This document shows, one piece after another, positions 41,437 to 50,857 of a stretch of DNA of 64,000 nucleotides. How positions within the stretch are numbered: position 1 is the stretch's first letter; each line of letters starts with the position of its first letter. The stretch lies in NCBI GenBank assembly GCA_039680575.1, contig JBDKSP010000089.1:1-64000 (forward strand), written 5' to 3'. This DNA comes from Armatimonadota bacterium. GTDB lineage: Bacteria; Armatimonadota; UBA5829; DTLH01. The notes below the pieces were generated by a model that made no database searches, was not told the DNA's origin, and saw only the letters and a program-made list of their open reading frames with translations. A program made the translations under genes and the position numbers.

Positions 41437-41782
41437 GTCCGGAGTTCCTGTCTATCTCGAGCCTTTCTCTGACCACTTCTTCTATAATCCTTCTGGACTC
41501 GTCCGATAGAGTATCGTTTCGCCTAAGCGCTATCCGCACTACTTCGATAACATCCTTTGGCTGCATATAACCGGCAGCGATCATAAGCGGCTCTACGGAT
41601 GTCTTGTAGCCTTTTGCAAATTTTTCTACAATTTCGCGAGACGGTACTTTTCCGCCTTTCATTGCATGGAGGTAAGCCTGGCTTATACCGGTCTTTATCG
41701 TGGCTTTACCGTAGCTGTCCTCCCCCATTATCTCCTTGACTATACGTCCAAAGTCTTCGCTTACACGGGTCTCAACTGGCAT
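41426..41782 (-). CDS. XRE-family HTH repressor
   Basis: TGISQAYL..M..GKVPS...VEKFA......L..AAGY; overlaps the ImmA start. Confidence 0.8.
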   Translation of the reverse strand: MPVETRVSEDFGRIVKEIMGEDSYGKATIKTGISQAYLHAMKGGKVPSREIVEKFAKGYKTSVEPLMIAAGYMQPKDVIEVVRIALRRNDTLSDESRRIIEEVVRERLEIDRNSGHDR

Positions 41783-41919
41783 TGTTCACCTCACTACAAA
41801 GGGTAGCATACGAACACAAATATTTCCAAAAGTTCTTTATCGAAAGCCTTTACAACGTAGCGAAGAACGTTTAAAATCAACATGGCACACGTCGTTCACT
41901 ATGAAGAGAATAATGTCTT

Positions 41920-42372
41920 ATGTCAGATAATCCCCTTATGGATAACACTGAATATGGATTACCAGCCGGCCAATCGCAGGTTGACTTCCGCTTTAACGCA
42001 ACTGCGCAAGCGGCAGCACAGATCCGCAGGCAATTCAAGCATATACTCGATACCTGGTGCCCGGACTGCGGTGCCGCCGGGAATGAACTGCTGCTGGCTG
42101 TCGGCGAAGCAGTGAGCAACGCTTGTCGCCACGGCTGCGACGGCAAGCCTTTACCTGTCCACCTCAGCGTATCCTGGGATGCAAATACCCGGGAAGTGAC
42201 CGTGGAAGTGTGCGACCCCGGCTCAGGGTTTGATTATCCCCTGTTTATACGCCGGACGCACTCCGATAAAGACTACTCATGCGGCCTCTTCCTGATGGTC
42301 AACAGCGCAGACAGCGTAAGTTATGAGCGCCGGGACAATTCCTTCGTCTGCACGATCAAAAAACGGCTCTGA
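41920..42372 (+). CDS. RsbW/SpoIIAB-like anti-sigma factor (HATPase_c_2)
   Basis: LAVGEAVSNA..HG, V.DPGSGFD, GLFLM...D.VSY. Confidence 0.85.
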   Translation: MSDNPLMDNTEYGLPAGQSQVDFRFNATAQAAAQIRRQFKHILDTWCPDCGAAGNELLLAVGEAVSNACRHGCDGKPLPVHLSVSWDANTREVTVEVCDPGSGFDYPLFIRRTHSDKDYSCGLFLMVNSADSVSYERRDNSFVCTIKKRL

Positions 42373-42508
42373 CACCCCATACAACATGATATTTAGCCCT
42401 CAACCTTCCTACATCCTGCATTAAGACCCATCCACCGGCCTCAAAACTCTTACAATTCACTCCTGTATGAAGGATAATCCGGCGAATACGGCGTATATTG
42501 TATAGACA

Positions 42509-42871
42509 ATGGAAATTATTGGTATCGGGACCGATATTATTGAAATAGAGCGGGTCGCGAAGGTAATGGCGGAGAACCATCGGTTTGCCTCACGCATCTT
42601 CACCAGGGCAGAACTCGACTACTGCCGGGACAAGAAGAACTGCTACCCGCATTTTGCCGCAAGGTTCGCTGCCAAAGAGGCTGTCGGAAAAGCAATTGGT
42701 AGGCCGATTTCGTGGCAGGATGTGGAAGTAGTGAAAGGCAGTGAGGGAAAGCCGGAAATCAGGCTCCATGGCGAGGCAAAAACCGCAGCGGACGGCTGCA
42801 GGGTTTTTCTAACCATGTCCCACTCAAGAGACTACGCAACTGCCGTAGCAGTGCTGGCGTTGGAAAGCTGA
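42509..42871 (+). CDS. acpS: Holo-ACP synthase
   Basis: GIGTDIIEIER, RFAAKEA..KA, GKP, SHS.DYA.A. Confidence 0.95.
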   Translation: MEIIGIGTDIIEIERVAKVMAENHRFASRIFTRAELDYCRDKKNCYPHFAARFAAKEAVGKAIGRPISWQDVEVVKGSEGKPEIRLHGEAKTAADGCRVFLTMSHSRDYATAVAVLALES

Positions 42872-42879
42872 CAGCTAAA

Positions 42880-44433
42880 ATGTTTCTTACAACTGCTGAA
42901 CAGATGAGAGAGCTGGACCGGCGGGCAAGCCGGGAATTCGGAGTACCAAGCATCGTTCTGATGGAAAACGCCGGGCTTCGGACCTTCGATGTCGTCTACG
43001 GTATGCTGGAGGAGATCGAAGGCCACAGGGTTGCCGTCGTCTGCGGACGAGGGAACAACGGCGGTGACGGTTTTGTCGTCACTCGCCATCTTCATCAGGT
43101 CGGCGTGGAAGTCGAAATCTTCCTCATCGGCCGTATAGAGGATGCCAAAGGCGATGCCGCAATAAATTTGAACATAGCCGGGAAGTCCGGTATACCCATA
43201 ACCGAAGTTACGGATATAAACGCGCTTAAATCTGCGCTCGTGCACTCGGATTTGATAGTCGATGCGATCTTCGGAACGGGAATCAAGGGTGAGATCACCG
43301 GACTTGCAGGCGAGGCGATAGACGCGATCAACGACTCAGGTTCGCCGGTCGTCTCAGTCGATCTTCCATCGGGGCTGGATGCCGATACTGGACAGGTTTC
43401 CGAAAGATGCGTGCGAGCCGATGCGACCGTCACGTTCGCGCTGCCGAAGATCGGACTTGCGACCTATCCTGGAGCCTCCTGCGCAGGCGAAGTCACCGTA
43501 GCGGACATAGGGATTCCCGATCTTGCGTTCGAGACGGCGGGCATCGATACTTTCGTCACCGATGCCGATGATGTAAGAGTCCGGCTTCCTGAGCGTCCCG
43601 ATGATGCCAACAAAGGTACTTTCGGGCGCGCGGCGATCATAGCAGGGTCGGTAGGGATGACCGGCGCGGCAGCGATGGCCGGGATGGCAGCGGTAAGGAT
43701 CGGCGCGGGGCTCGTCACACTCGGTATACCTGAGAGTCTGAACGATATACTGGAAGTCAAAGTCACGGAAGTTATGACTCTCCCGATGCCTGAAACAAAA
43801 GACCGGAGTTTTTCGCTGTCTGCTGTCGATAAAGCGCTCGAACTCATCCAAAAATGTGATGCCGTGGCTATCGGGCCCGGAATCGGCAGAAATCCTGAGA
43901 CTGCGGCCTTCATTCACGAGCTTCTGCCAAAAATCGAGACGCCGGTGGTAATAGACGCGGATGGGCTTAACGCCGTATCTGAGAATGTAGAGTTGTTCAA
44001 GAGCCTTAAAGCTCCGGCGATTATCACCCCCCACCCCGGCGAGATGTCGCGGCTTACAGGAACTCCCGTTGAGGCTATCCAGTCTAACAGACTGGAGGCC
44101 GCGAAAGACGCAGCCGCGAGGTTCGGAGTCACGGTCGTCCTGAAGGGCGCGGCGACAGTCACGGCTTCGCCCAGCGGAGAGGCCTGGGTCAACTCGACAG
44201 GCAGCGTGGCGCTGGCATCCGGCGGGACGGGAGATATTTTGACCGGAACGATCACCGGGCTGCTTGCACAGGGACTCGAGCCGCTTGACGCGGCGGTTTG
44301 CGGCGTATACATACATGGAAAAGCCGGAGAAATGGCTGCCGAAGAGATCGGCAAATCCGGCGCGGCGGCAACCGATCTGCTTCCACTGCTGCCGCTCGCG
44401 CTTGGTATTATAGATTTTCGGCTGATTAATTAA
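42880..44433 (+). CDS. nnr: Bifunctional NAD(P)H-hydrate epimerase/dehydratase
   Basis: LMENAG, CGRGNNGGDG, DAIFGTG, DLPSG, KGTFG, IDADGLN, TPHPGE, GGTGD. Confidence 0.95.
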   Translation: MFLTTAEQMRELDRRASREFGVPSIVLMENAGLRTFDVVYGMLEEIEGHRVAVVCGRGNNGGDGFVVTRHLHQVGVEVEIFLIGRIEDAKGDAAINLNIAGKSGIPITEVTDINALKSALVHSDLIVDAIFGTGIKGEITGLAGEAIDAINDSGSPVVSVDLPSGLDADTGQVSERCVRADATVTFALPKIGLATYPGASCAGEVTVADIGIPDLAFETAGIDTFVTDADDVRVRLPERPDDANKGTFGRAAIIAGSVGMTGAAAMAGMAAVRIGAGLVTLGIPESLNDILEVKVTEVMTLPMPETKDRSFSLSAVDKALELIQKCDAVAIGPGIGRNPETAAFIHELLPKIETPVVIDADGLNAVSENVELFKSLKAPAIITPHPGEMSRLTGTPVEAIQSNRLEAAKDAAARFGVTVVLKGAATVTASPSGEAWVNSTGSVALASGGTGDILTGTITGLLAQGLEPLDAAVCGVYIHGKAGEMAAEEIGKSGAAATDLLPLLPLALGIIDFRLIN

Positions 44434-44566
44434 CGGCCAATCATATATTGGCTGTTGCCGAAAATCTTCCGGAAGAGTTTCAGGTGTAAGTGTAAAATCA
44501 ACAGATATAGCTACATCAGAGAACTTTTATATAGCTGTAAGGCTGTTACTTTATCTCCTGAAACTC
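44408..44566 (+). repeat. Family A element with expanded loops, overlapping the nnr 3' end
   Basis: TTATAGATTTTCGGC-(~34 nt)-GCCGAAAATC TTCCGGAA GAGTTTCAGG-(~70 nt)-CCTGAAACTC. Confidence 0.8.
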
Positions 44567-44675
44567 TGTAGTTAGGGAACAAAAGGGCTAAGCGAATGTC
44601 ATGTTTCGGGACGGACTGCGGTCCCGAAGCATAAGGACCATCCCCCTTCCCCTTTTATATAAGGAGTGTTATGTT

Positions 44676-45989
44676 ATGCTTCGAAAAACAACAGTTCTGC
44701 AATTATTCATGCTATTCACATTGATCTTTGCGATTTCCGCTGCCACATGGGCTGATCCCAAGGTGCAGGTGAGCTTCCCGGAGAAGGGCGGCTACCTCTA
44801 CTGGCTCGAATACAAGGGCGCTGACGGCAAACAGATAATAACGGCTCCAAAGCACGCAGCCGGATCGGGAACATCCGTCGATCTCGCTCCTGCCGCACCG
44901 GGAGGAAAGCTCGGCGAAGGGACATTTAAAGTCTACGATGATAAGTCCGGCAACGTCGCGGCGAAAAACATCCAGAACCTCAAAGGCAAAACGGACCTCA
45001 AGCTCAAAACAAACGATTTTACGCTTATCAGAACACTGAAGATCGTCCTGAAACCAGCCGATGGCAAGGATAATGAGCGGATCGAGTCGGCTATCGTAAC
45101 ACTGACGGATGCCAATTCCGACACCTTCACCACGATTGTCGACCCGGCGAGCGAAGGTGTCGCGGAGTTTCACGATATTGCAGGTGGAGCTGTAAGCATA
45201 ATTGTCCAATCAGAGGGGAAAAAGATGTCCCTCGACCTGGACATGCCCCTCGATCGGGATACTGCTGTGCATACCGAGGATTTGACGGTGTCGTTCAAGA
45301 CTCGGACAGTTAATGCGTCGGTTACAGCCGGTTCGAAGGTATCGGCGGATGACGAAGAAGGCGGAAAGAAGCCTGCCGCATCGAAAGAGCAGAAGGCACA
45401 ACCCGGAACCGGTATACTGCAATACATTATGGGTATTGCAGTCCTTGTGATGATCGGGTTCATCGGCTATGTAGTCCTGAAAAGCAAGGGTCTAAACGCT
45501 GACAACCTGAGGAAGCTCGGAGTACAGCTCCCGCAGGGTGATGATACGGCAGTGAACGTGCCTGGAACGGCTCAGGAGCCACAGATCGACCCGAATGTGT
45601 GCCAGTTCTGCGGGCAGCGCAAAGACCCGGCGACCGGAAACTGCGCATGCAGTGTCAGCAGCCCGGCTGCAGGGCAGGCGCCTTCCGCCACTGCCGGGAT
45701 ACCGAGGCTGATTGGGACCCAGGGGCAGTATTCGGGACACATTTTCGAGCTAACGGGAGCTGAGGCCACGATAGGGCGTGACCCCGGCAATACCATCCCT
45801 CTGGTCGAGGACAGCACATCGTCCCGCAGGCACGCGAGGTTCGGGCAGGAAAACGGCGCGTATTTCGTAATGGACGAAGGCAGCTCGAACGGAACGTTCG
45901 TAAACGGGATGAAGATTACTGGACGCCACCCGCTTCATACCGGCGATGAAGTCCAAATCGGCGGCACGAAATTCAGGTTTGAGGCGTAG
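44676..45989 (+). CDS. Single-pass membrane protein: extracytoplasmic beta-rich domain, TM, Cys motif, C-terminal FHA
   Basis: Signal peptide; CQFC..CAC; IGRD...SRRHA...SSNGTFVNG; AAGGAG RBS. Confidence 0.88.
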   Translation: MLRKTTVLQLFMLFTLIFAISAATWADPKVQVSFPEKGGYLYWLEYKGADGKQIITAPKHAAGSGTSVDLAPAAPGGKLGEGTFKVYDDKSGNVAAKNIQNLKGKTDLKLKTNDFTLIRTLKIVLKPADGKDNERIESAIVTLTDANSDTFTTIVDPASEGVAEFHDIAGGAVSIIVQSEGKKMSLDLDMPLDRDTAVHTEDLTVSFKTRTVNASVTAGSKVSADDEEGGKKPAASKEQKAQPGTGILQYIMGIAVLVMIGFIGYVVLKSKGLNADNLRKLGVQLPQGDDTAVNVPGTAQEPQIDPNVCQFCGQRKDPATGNCACSVSSPAAGQAPSATAGIPRLIGTQGQYSGHIFELTGAEATIGRDPGNTIPLVEDSTSSRRHARFGQENGAYFVMDEGSSNGTFVNGMKITGRHPLHTGDEVQIGGTKFRFEA

Positions 45990-46092
45990 GGAAAGATTGT
46001 GGAGACTTGAATGTATCCTGTGACTCATTAGTTCAGGGTAACTTACTTCTGTTCCCTACTGATTACTGACGGCTGAAAGCTGATAGCAAAAA

Positions 46093-47598
46093 ATGGCAAG
46101 AGTTACTAAATATCTTTTACTTGCAGCGATAGGCGGATTTCTGGCTTGGGTGATACTTGAACCGATCAATTCGCTCACGCCTTACGTGCCTCCAGGGCAG
46201 GATGCGCCCGACATGACATTTGGGCAGATGATGGCAATAGGCGCCATCTTTGGAATGTTCCTTGGTCTGTTTCTCGGCCTGGCTGAGGCATTTTCCGGCG
46301 TCTCGCCAAGAGATGCGGTAAAAAGTGTTGTTGTAGGCATCGGAGTCGGCATACTCGGTGGAATGATCGGGATTACTCTAGGCAATTCTCTGATCTATAA
46401 ACCGCTCCTCCGGTTGTCGTACGTCTTCCGCAGCGGTGAGATAATGAACCCTCTACAGTTTGTGATCCTACTGGTCGCTCGCTCTGCAGGATGGGCGATG
46501 ATCGGTCTGTTGGCCGGACTCGCTCAGGGAATTTCTACACAGTCCAGCCAGAAGATGACTAACGGAGCTGTCGGTGGAATAATCGGTGGATTTGCCGGAG
46601 GAATGGCATTTGAGCTTCTCGTCCATTTCGGTGTACCTCCAGAGATGCTTAGAATGGTCGGTTTTACAACCACGGCAGCGGCGATAGGGCTTTTCATCGG
46701 GTTCATAGAAGAAGTCCGAAAGAAAGCCTGGATCGTGCACCTCAAGGGACGGAACGAAGGCAGGGAATTTTCGATTTTCAAGCCGGAGACAATCGCCGGA
46801 CGCGATGAACTGGTGGATATCCCGATCTTCGGCGACCCGGACGTCGAGCCCAGGCACTTCGCCATAAAGGCGGATCAAAACAGATACGTCCTTTTGGATA
46901 TGAACACCACGGCAGGCACATCCGTAAACGGTCAAAAAGTCCAGAAACAGACATTGAGAGACGGAGACATCATCCAGGTCGGTATGACCCGGCTTTTATT
47001 CAGAGATAAGGCAACGCGGTCGTTTACATCCAGACCGGTCGATCCGTACAGCGCGACCGGGACAAGCATACCGACATCCGAGCACATCTGCCCGTTCTGC
47101 GGCGGAATCAAGGACGCAGCCGGTAACTGCTCCTGTTCGGCAGGTGTCCAAGCACCGGGACAGCAGGTTCAGAACCAGACCATGCAGCAGACGGTTGTAT
47201 CGCAGCCGAACCAGACTGTGCAAACGACCCAGGCGATGAGCAACCCGTTCTCAGGAGCGCCTGTCGATCCGTTTGCAGGCGCTCCGCTCTCGAACACTCC
47301 CGGAACCGGAGCGAGGCTCGTCGCGGCATACGGGCCGTATACGGGGCAGGTGTACAACCTGAACCCTGCCGGTGAGACTACTATCGGGCGGCAGTCCGAC
47401 CAGATGATCTCTCTGTCGAACGATAATACAGTCTCTAGACAGCATGCAAAAGTGGCAAATGAGAGCGGACAATTCGTCTTATATGATTGCGGAAGCGCGA
47501 ACGGCACTCATGTGAACAATACCAGGATCACCCGCCACGTTCTGACACCCGGCGACCTGGTGCAGATAGGAAGTACAAAATTCAAATTTGAAGGGTGA
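46093..47598 (+). CDS. Polytopic membrane protein with two FHA domains
   Basis: About 6 Gly-rich TMs; GRD..RHF..GTSVNG; CPFC..CSC; IGRQ..VSRQHA..SANGTHVN. Confidence 0.88.
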   Translation: MARVTKYLLLAAIGGFLAWVILEPINSLTPYVPPGQDAPDMTFGQMMAIGAIFGMFLGLFLGLAEAFSGVSPRDAVKSVVVGIGVGILGGMIGITLGNSLIYKPLLRLSYVFRSGEIMNPLQFVILLVARSAGWAMIGLLAGLAQGISTQSSQKMTNGAVGGIIGGFAGGMAFELLVHFGVPPEMLRMVGFTTTAAAIGLFIGFIEEVRKKAWIVHLKGRNEGREFSIFKPETIAGRDELVDIPIFGDPDVEPRHFAIKADQNRYVLLDMNTTAGTSVNGQKVQKQTLRDGDIIQVGMTRLLFRDKATRSFTSRPVDPYSATGTSIPTSEHICPFCGGIKDAAGNCSCSAGVQAPGQQVQNQTMQQTVVSQPNQTVQTTQAMSNPFSGAPVDPFAGAPLSNTPGTGARLVAAYGPYTGQVYNLNPAGETTIGRQSDQMISLSNDNTVSRQHAKVANESGQFVLYDCGSANGTHVNNTRITRHVLTPGDLVQIGSTKFKFEG

Positions 47599-47702
47599 AG
47601 GTTTTTATCACGAAAGCAGAAAAAGGGAATAGTGGATGTCGTGTTTCATTATTTCGTGATTATTAACCTTCCAGAACAATCACCTTTAAAGGACAAACGA
47701 CT

Positions 47703-49100
47703 ATGGACAGCACGCAGATGATGCCTCCGTTCGATAACGAGCGGACACAGATCGGAAACTTTGGACAGAACAACGATCCGGGAAAAACACAGATGTCCAG
47801 CCCATTCGACCCCGGCAGAACACAAATGCCCGGACCGTTCGATCCTGGCAGGACACAGATGGCAGGCCCGCCCGAGAAATCAATCCGGCTGGAATGCACT
47901 GCCGGAAACCGCTTCGCGCTCTCGACCCGAAGCTCCAGGGAACACGTTCTGGTCAGCCTGTTCTCCAGCGGCGTGATAGGTGGCGCACGAATGCCGCTCA
48001 ACCTCTGTCTCATCATCGACCGCAGCGGATCGATGGAGGGAGAGCCGCTCGAGTATGTCAAACGCGCATGCGGCTACGTAGTAGACCTGCTTGAACCGAA
48101 CGATGTTCTCTCTGTAGTCGCATTCGAGGAACGGGTCGAGGTCATCATGCCCGCAAGACGTGTGGTCAACAAAGCACTCATAAAGGAACATATCAACCGG
48201 CTCGAACCGGGAAATACCACGAATGTTTATGACGGCATCGCAGCCGGGGCAAGCCAGATCGCAAGCGTTTACTCCAAGAGCTATGTCAACCGCGCGCTAC
48301 TCTTCACCGACGGCGACCCTACAGCAGGAATCAAGGACTTCAGCTCGATAGTCGGAATGGTCGGCGAGCAAAAGAGCCGGGGGATCACAATAACGGCACT
48401 TGGGTTCGGAAACGAGTATAATGAGGAGCTTTTAGCCGGGATCGCTCGAAAATCCGGCGGGAACTATTACTACATAACGCGGCCTGAGCTCATCCCTGAG
48501 GTATTCAGAAAAGAGCTCGAAACGCTGATGACGGTCGTCGCCCGCAATATAAGGCTCACATTCAACCTGTCCAAATGGGTGCAGGTCCGGCAGATTTATG
48601 GACATCTACCGGCATTCGGCAACCGGACCGCCGAAACAACACTTACGGACCTCGAACGGGGCAGCGCATCGAGCGCTATAGTTGAGGTCGAGCTGGGCCC
48701 CAGGCCGGCAGGGACCTATAGGATAGGCAAGGTCGAGATCAATTACGACGACTCCTCCACCGGCAGGGCTGAGAGGTTGATAGAAGATGTCGTGATGGAG
48801 TTTACGCCGGACGAGAACCTGGTCGCTGCAAACATCAACCCCAAAGTCCAGTGCGAGATAGAGGTCGCGCTTGCATCCAAACAACTCGAACGGACGGTTA
48901 TGGGGATGAGGACGCAGCAGATCTCACCCGCCGCTGCCATGCAGGAACTGGAAAAGACCCGCATGATGCTCGTCCAACAGGGCAAGACTCTGCAGGCACA
49001 GGAAATTGAGCAGGCTATGGACAGCATAAAGAAAGGCGCGGGGGTCGAAAAGACACTCGTCGGAACGATCTATAACCTCGACAGAGGGGGGAGCAAGTGA
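47703..49100 (+). CDS. vWA domain protein with N-terminal TQM repeats
   Basis: MIDAS DRSGSM, T, TDG; repeats DPG(K/R)TQM. Confidence 0.9.
   Translation: MDSTQMMPPFDNERTQIGNFGQNNDPGKTQMSSPFDPGRTQMPGPFDPGRTQMAGPPEKSIRLECTAGNRFALSTRSSREHVLVSLFSSGVIGGARMPLNLCLIIDRSGSMEGEPLEYVKRACGYVVDLLEPNDVLSVVAFEERVEVIMPARRVVNKALIKEHINRLEPGNTTNVYDGIAAGASQIASVYSKSYVNRALLFTDGDPTAGIKDFSSIVGMVGEQKSRGITITALGFGNEYNEELLAGIARKSGGNYYYITRPELIPEVFRKELETLMTVVARNIRLTFNLSKWVQVRQIYGHLPAFGNRTAETTLTDLERGSASSAIVEVELGPRPAGTYRIGKVEINYDDSSTGRAERLIEDVVMEFTPDENLVAANINPKVQCEIEVALASKQLERTVMGMRTQQISPAAAMQELEKTRMMLVQQGKTLQAQEIEQAMDSIKKGAGVEKTLVGTIYNLDRGGSK
47775..47870 (+). repeat. 33-bp coding tandem repeat (DPGxTQMxxPF, about 3 copies)
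   Basis: gatccgggaaaaacacagatg / gaccccggcagaacacaaatg / gatcctggcaggacacagatg at 33-nt spacing. Confidence 0.85.
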
Positions 49101-50161
49101 TGGAAAACGGGATTGAAAAGACTCAACTCGCAAACGGCAACGCGACACAGATGATCCCGACGCAGGGTGCGGAAGCCACCCGGATGGGGATGAGCATCAC
49201 CTGCCCGGTCTGCCATTCGACTACCCCCGAAGGAGAGAAATACTGCTCCGACTGCGGGTTCCTGCTCTCTTCTCAGCCGGTAGAGACTGCCGATATGCCC
49301 GAACCGCCCGCGCTTCCCAGGATCATCGACCCGACGAGCGGGCGCGAATCTCTCCTGAACCCCGGCGAAAACACCATCGGCAGGGAGAATTCGGACGTAC
49401 TCGTCTCCCACCCCACCGCGTCACGCAGGCATGCGAAGCTCACGGTTTCGGATGGTAAATATATATTGGAAGACCTCGGAAGCACGAACGGGACTTATGT
49501 CGGAAACAGGAAAGTCGAGCCAGGGCAGCCGGTCGAGATAAAACCGGGAGATGAGATCAGGTTCGGCTCCGCTGTTATGAGGCTTGAGGAACCTGCTTCG
49601 GAAGCTGTAATTGCCGCCGAAGAGGCTGTGCGCGAGGTTGAGGAAGCCGAGGAGCGCGAAGAGCTTGCTGAAGAGTCGGTCGAAGTCGAACAGGCAGCCG
49701 AACAACCTGCTCCGCCGTCAGTCGAAGAGGAAAACGAAGAGCATGAGGAGTCTCACGAGGCTGTCGAAGCAGTAATGAAGATAGAACCGGGCGTGGAGTC
49801 CGGGTTCGAAGCAACTCCTGAACAGGCACTCGAAGAGCCGGTGCAGCCTGTGGAGATTCATGAAGAGCTGCCGGCGCTCGCGAGGCTCGTTCCGAAAGCC
49901 GGAGGAGATGAACTCCTTGTAAAACAGGGCGAAAACACTGTCGGCAGGAGACCGGCAAACGATATCGTGATCGCCGACCCTTACATATCGGGAAGCCATG
50001 CCGTAATCAGCGCATCGGACGGCAGCTTCTCGGTCACGGACACCGGCAGCACCAATGGGACATCCGTTAACGGAGAGAGACTGTCACCAAACGAGCCTCA
50101 CGCACTCACGGACGGCGACGAGGTAACGTTCGGACAGGACTCGTTCAGGTTCACTGTATGA
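49097..50161 (+). CDS. Zinc ribbon plus two FHA domains with acidic linker
   Basis: CPVC..CSDCG; IGRE..SRRHA..STNGT; VGRR..SGSHA..STNGT. Confidence 0.9.
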   Translation: MMENGIEKTQLANGNATQMIPTQGAEATRMGMSITCPVCHSTTPEGEKYCSDCGFLLSSQPVETADMPEPPALPRIIDPTSGRESLLNPGENTIGRENSDVLVSHPTASRRHAKLTVSDGKYILEDLGSTNGTYVGNRKVEPGQPVEIKPGDEIRFGSAVMRLEEPASEAVIAAEEAVREVEEAEEREELAEESVEVEQAAEQPAPPSVEEENEEHEESHEAVEAVMKIEPGVESGFEATPEQALEEPVQPVEIHEELPALARLVPKAGGDELLVKQGENTVGRRPANDIVIADPYISGSHAVISASDGSFSVTDTGSTNGTSVNGERLSPNEPHALTDGDEVTFGQDSFRFTV

Positions 50162-50853
50162 TATGTTCCAAATGCGGCGCGGAGAATGATTCCAGCGCTG
50201 AAAAATGCAGGCAATGCGCGTGGTCATTGAAATCGCGGCTCGTCGTAGATGAACAGATCTGCGCGAACCATCCCCGGCGGATGGCTGTAAGCACGTGTCA
50301 CTCCTGCGGGCTGGAGCTTTGCGAAGAGTGCGAAGTCTTCATCGGGGATGTTTCATACTGCAGGGAATGCGCCGAACGGCCTGGAGAAGAGGAACTCCTC
50401 CGGGATGTGCCTGTGGTCGATCCGGCTCAGGCAGAGCCTGCCGGTTTCTGGATCAGAACCCTTGCGGGGGCTGTGGACCTGATAATCCTCGGCTGCGCAT
50501 TTTCCGTGCTCTGGACGGCGTTCTGGCTGCTATTCGGCGACCCGACCGTCCCCTTGCGCCTGGGAGACCATCCATGGGCTCATGTGCTGTTCTGGGTGAT
50601 TGTGGGCGTAACAATACCTGTCTACTACATCTACAGTATTGCAACAAACTCACAGACACCGGGGATGTCGGCTTTCGATATTGCCGTCGTGCGCAGCGGA
50701 GGAGAAGCTGCCGATTATCGCACGGCAATTCTTCGTTATATGGCGGTATTTCCGGCTATAGTATCGATATTCGGTATATTCTGGTGCATCTGGGACAAAA
50801 ATGGCAGGATGCTTCACGACAGGCTGACCAAAACGAGTGTAGTTAGGATGTAA
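50158..50853 (+). CDS. Zinc ribbon/B-box-like plus RDD membrane protein
   Basis: CSKC..CRQC; CANHP..CHSC..CEEC..CREC; AGFWIR..A..D, QTPG, LHDRL..T.V. Confidence 0.88.
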   Translation: MICSKCGAENDSSAEKCRQCAWSLKSRLVVDEQICANHPRRMAVSTCHSCGLELCEECEVFIGDVSYCRECAERPGEEELLRDVPVVDPAQAEPAGFWIRTLAGAVDLIILGCAFSVLWTAFWLLFGDPTVPLRLGDHPWAHVLFWVIVGVTIPVYYIYSIATNSQTPGMSAFDIAVVRSGGEAADYRTAILRYMAVFPAIVSIFGIFWCIWDKNGRMLHDRLTKTSVVRM

Positions 50854-50857
50854 TGAT

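Noticed and set aside
40846..41782. Prophage or ICE immunity region
   Set aside because: No integrase, att site, replication or structural genes nearby
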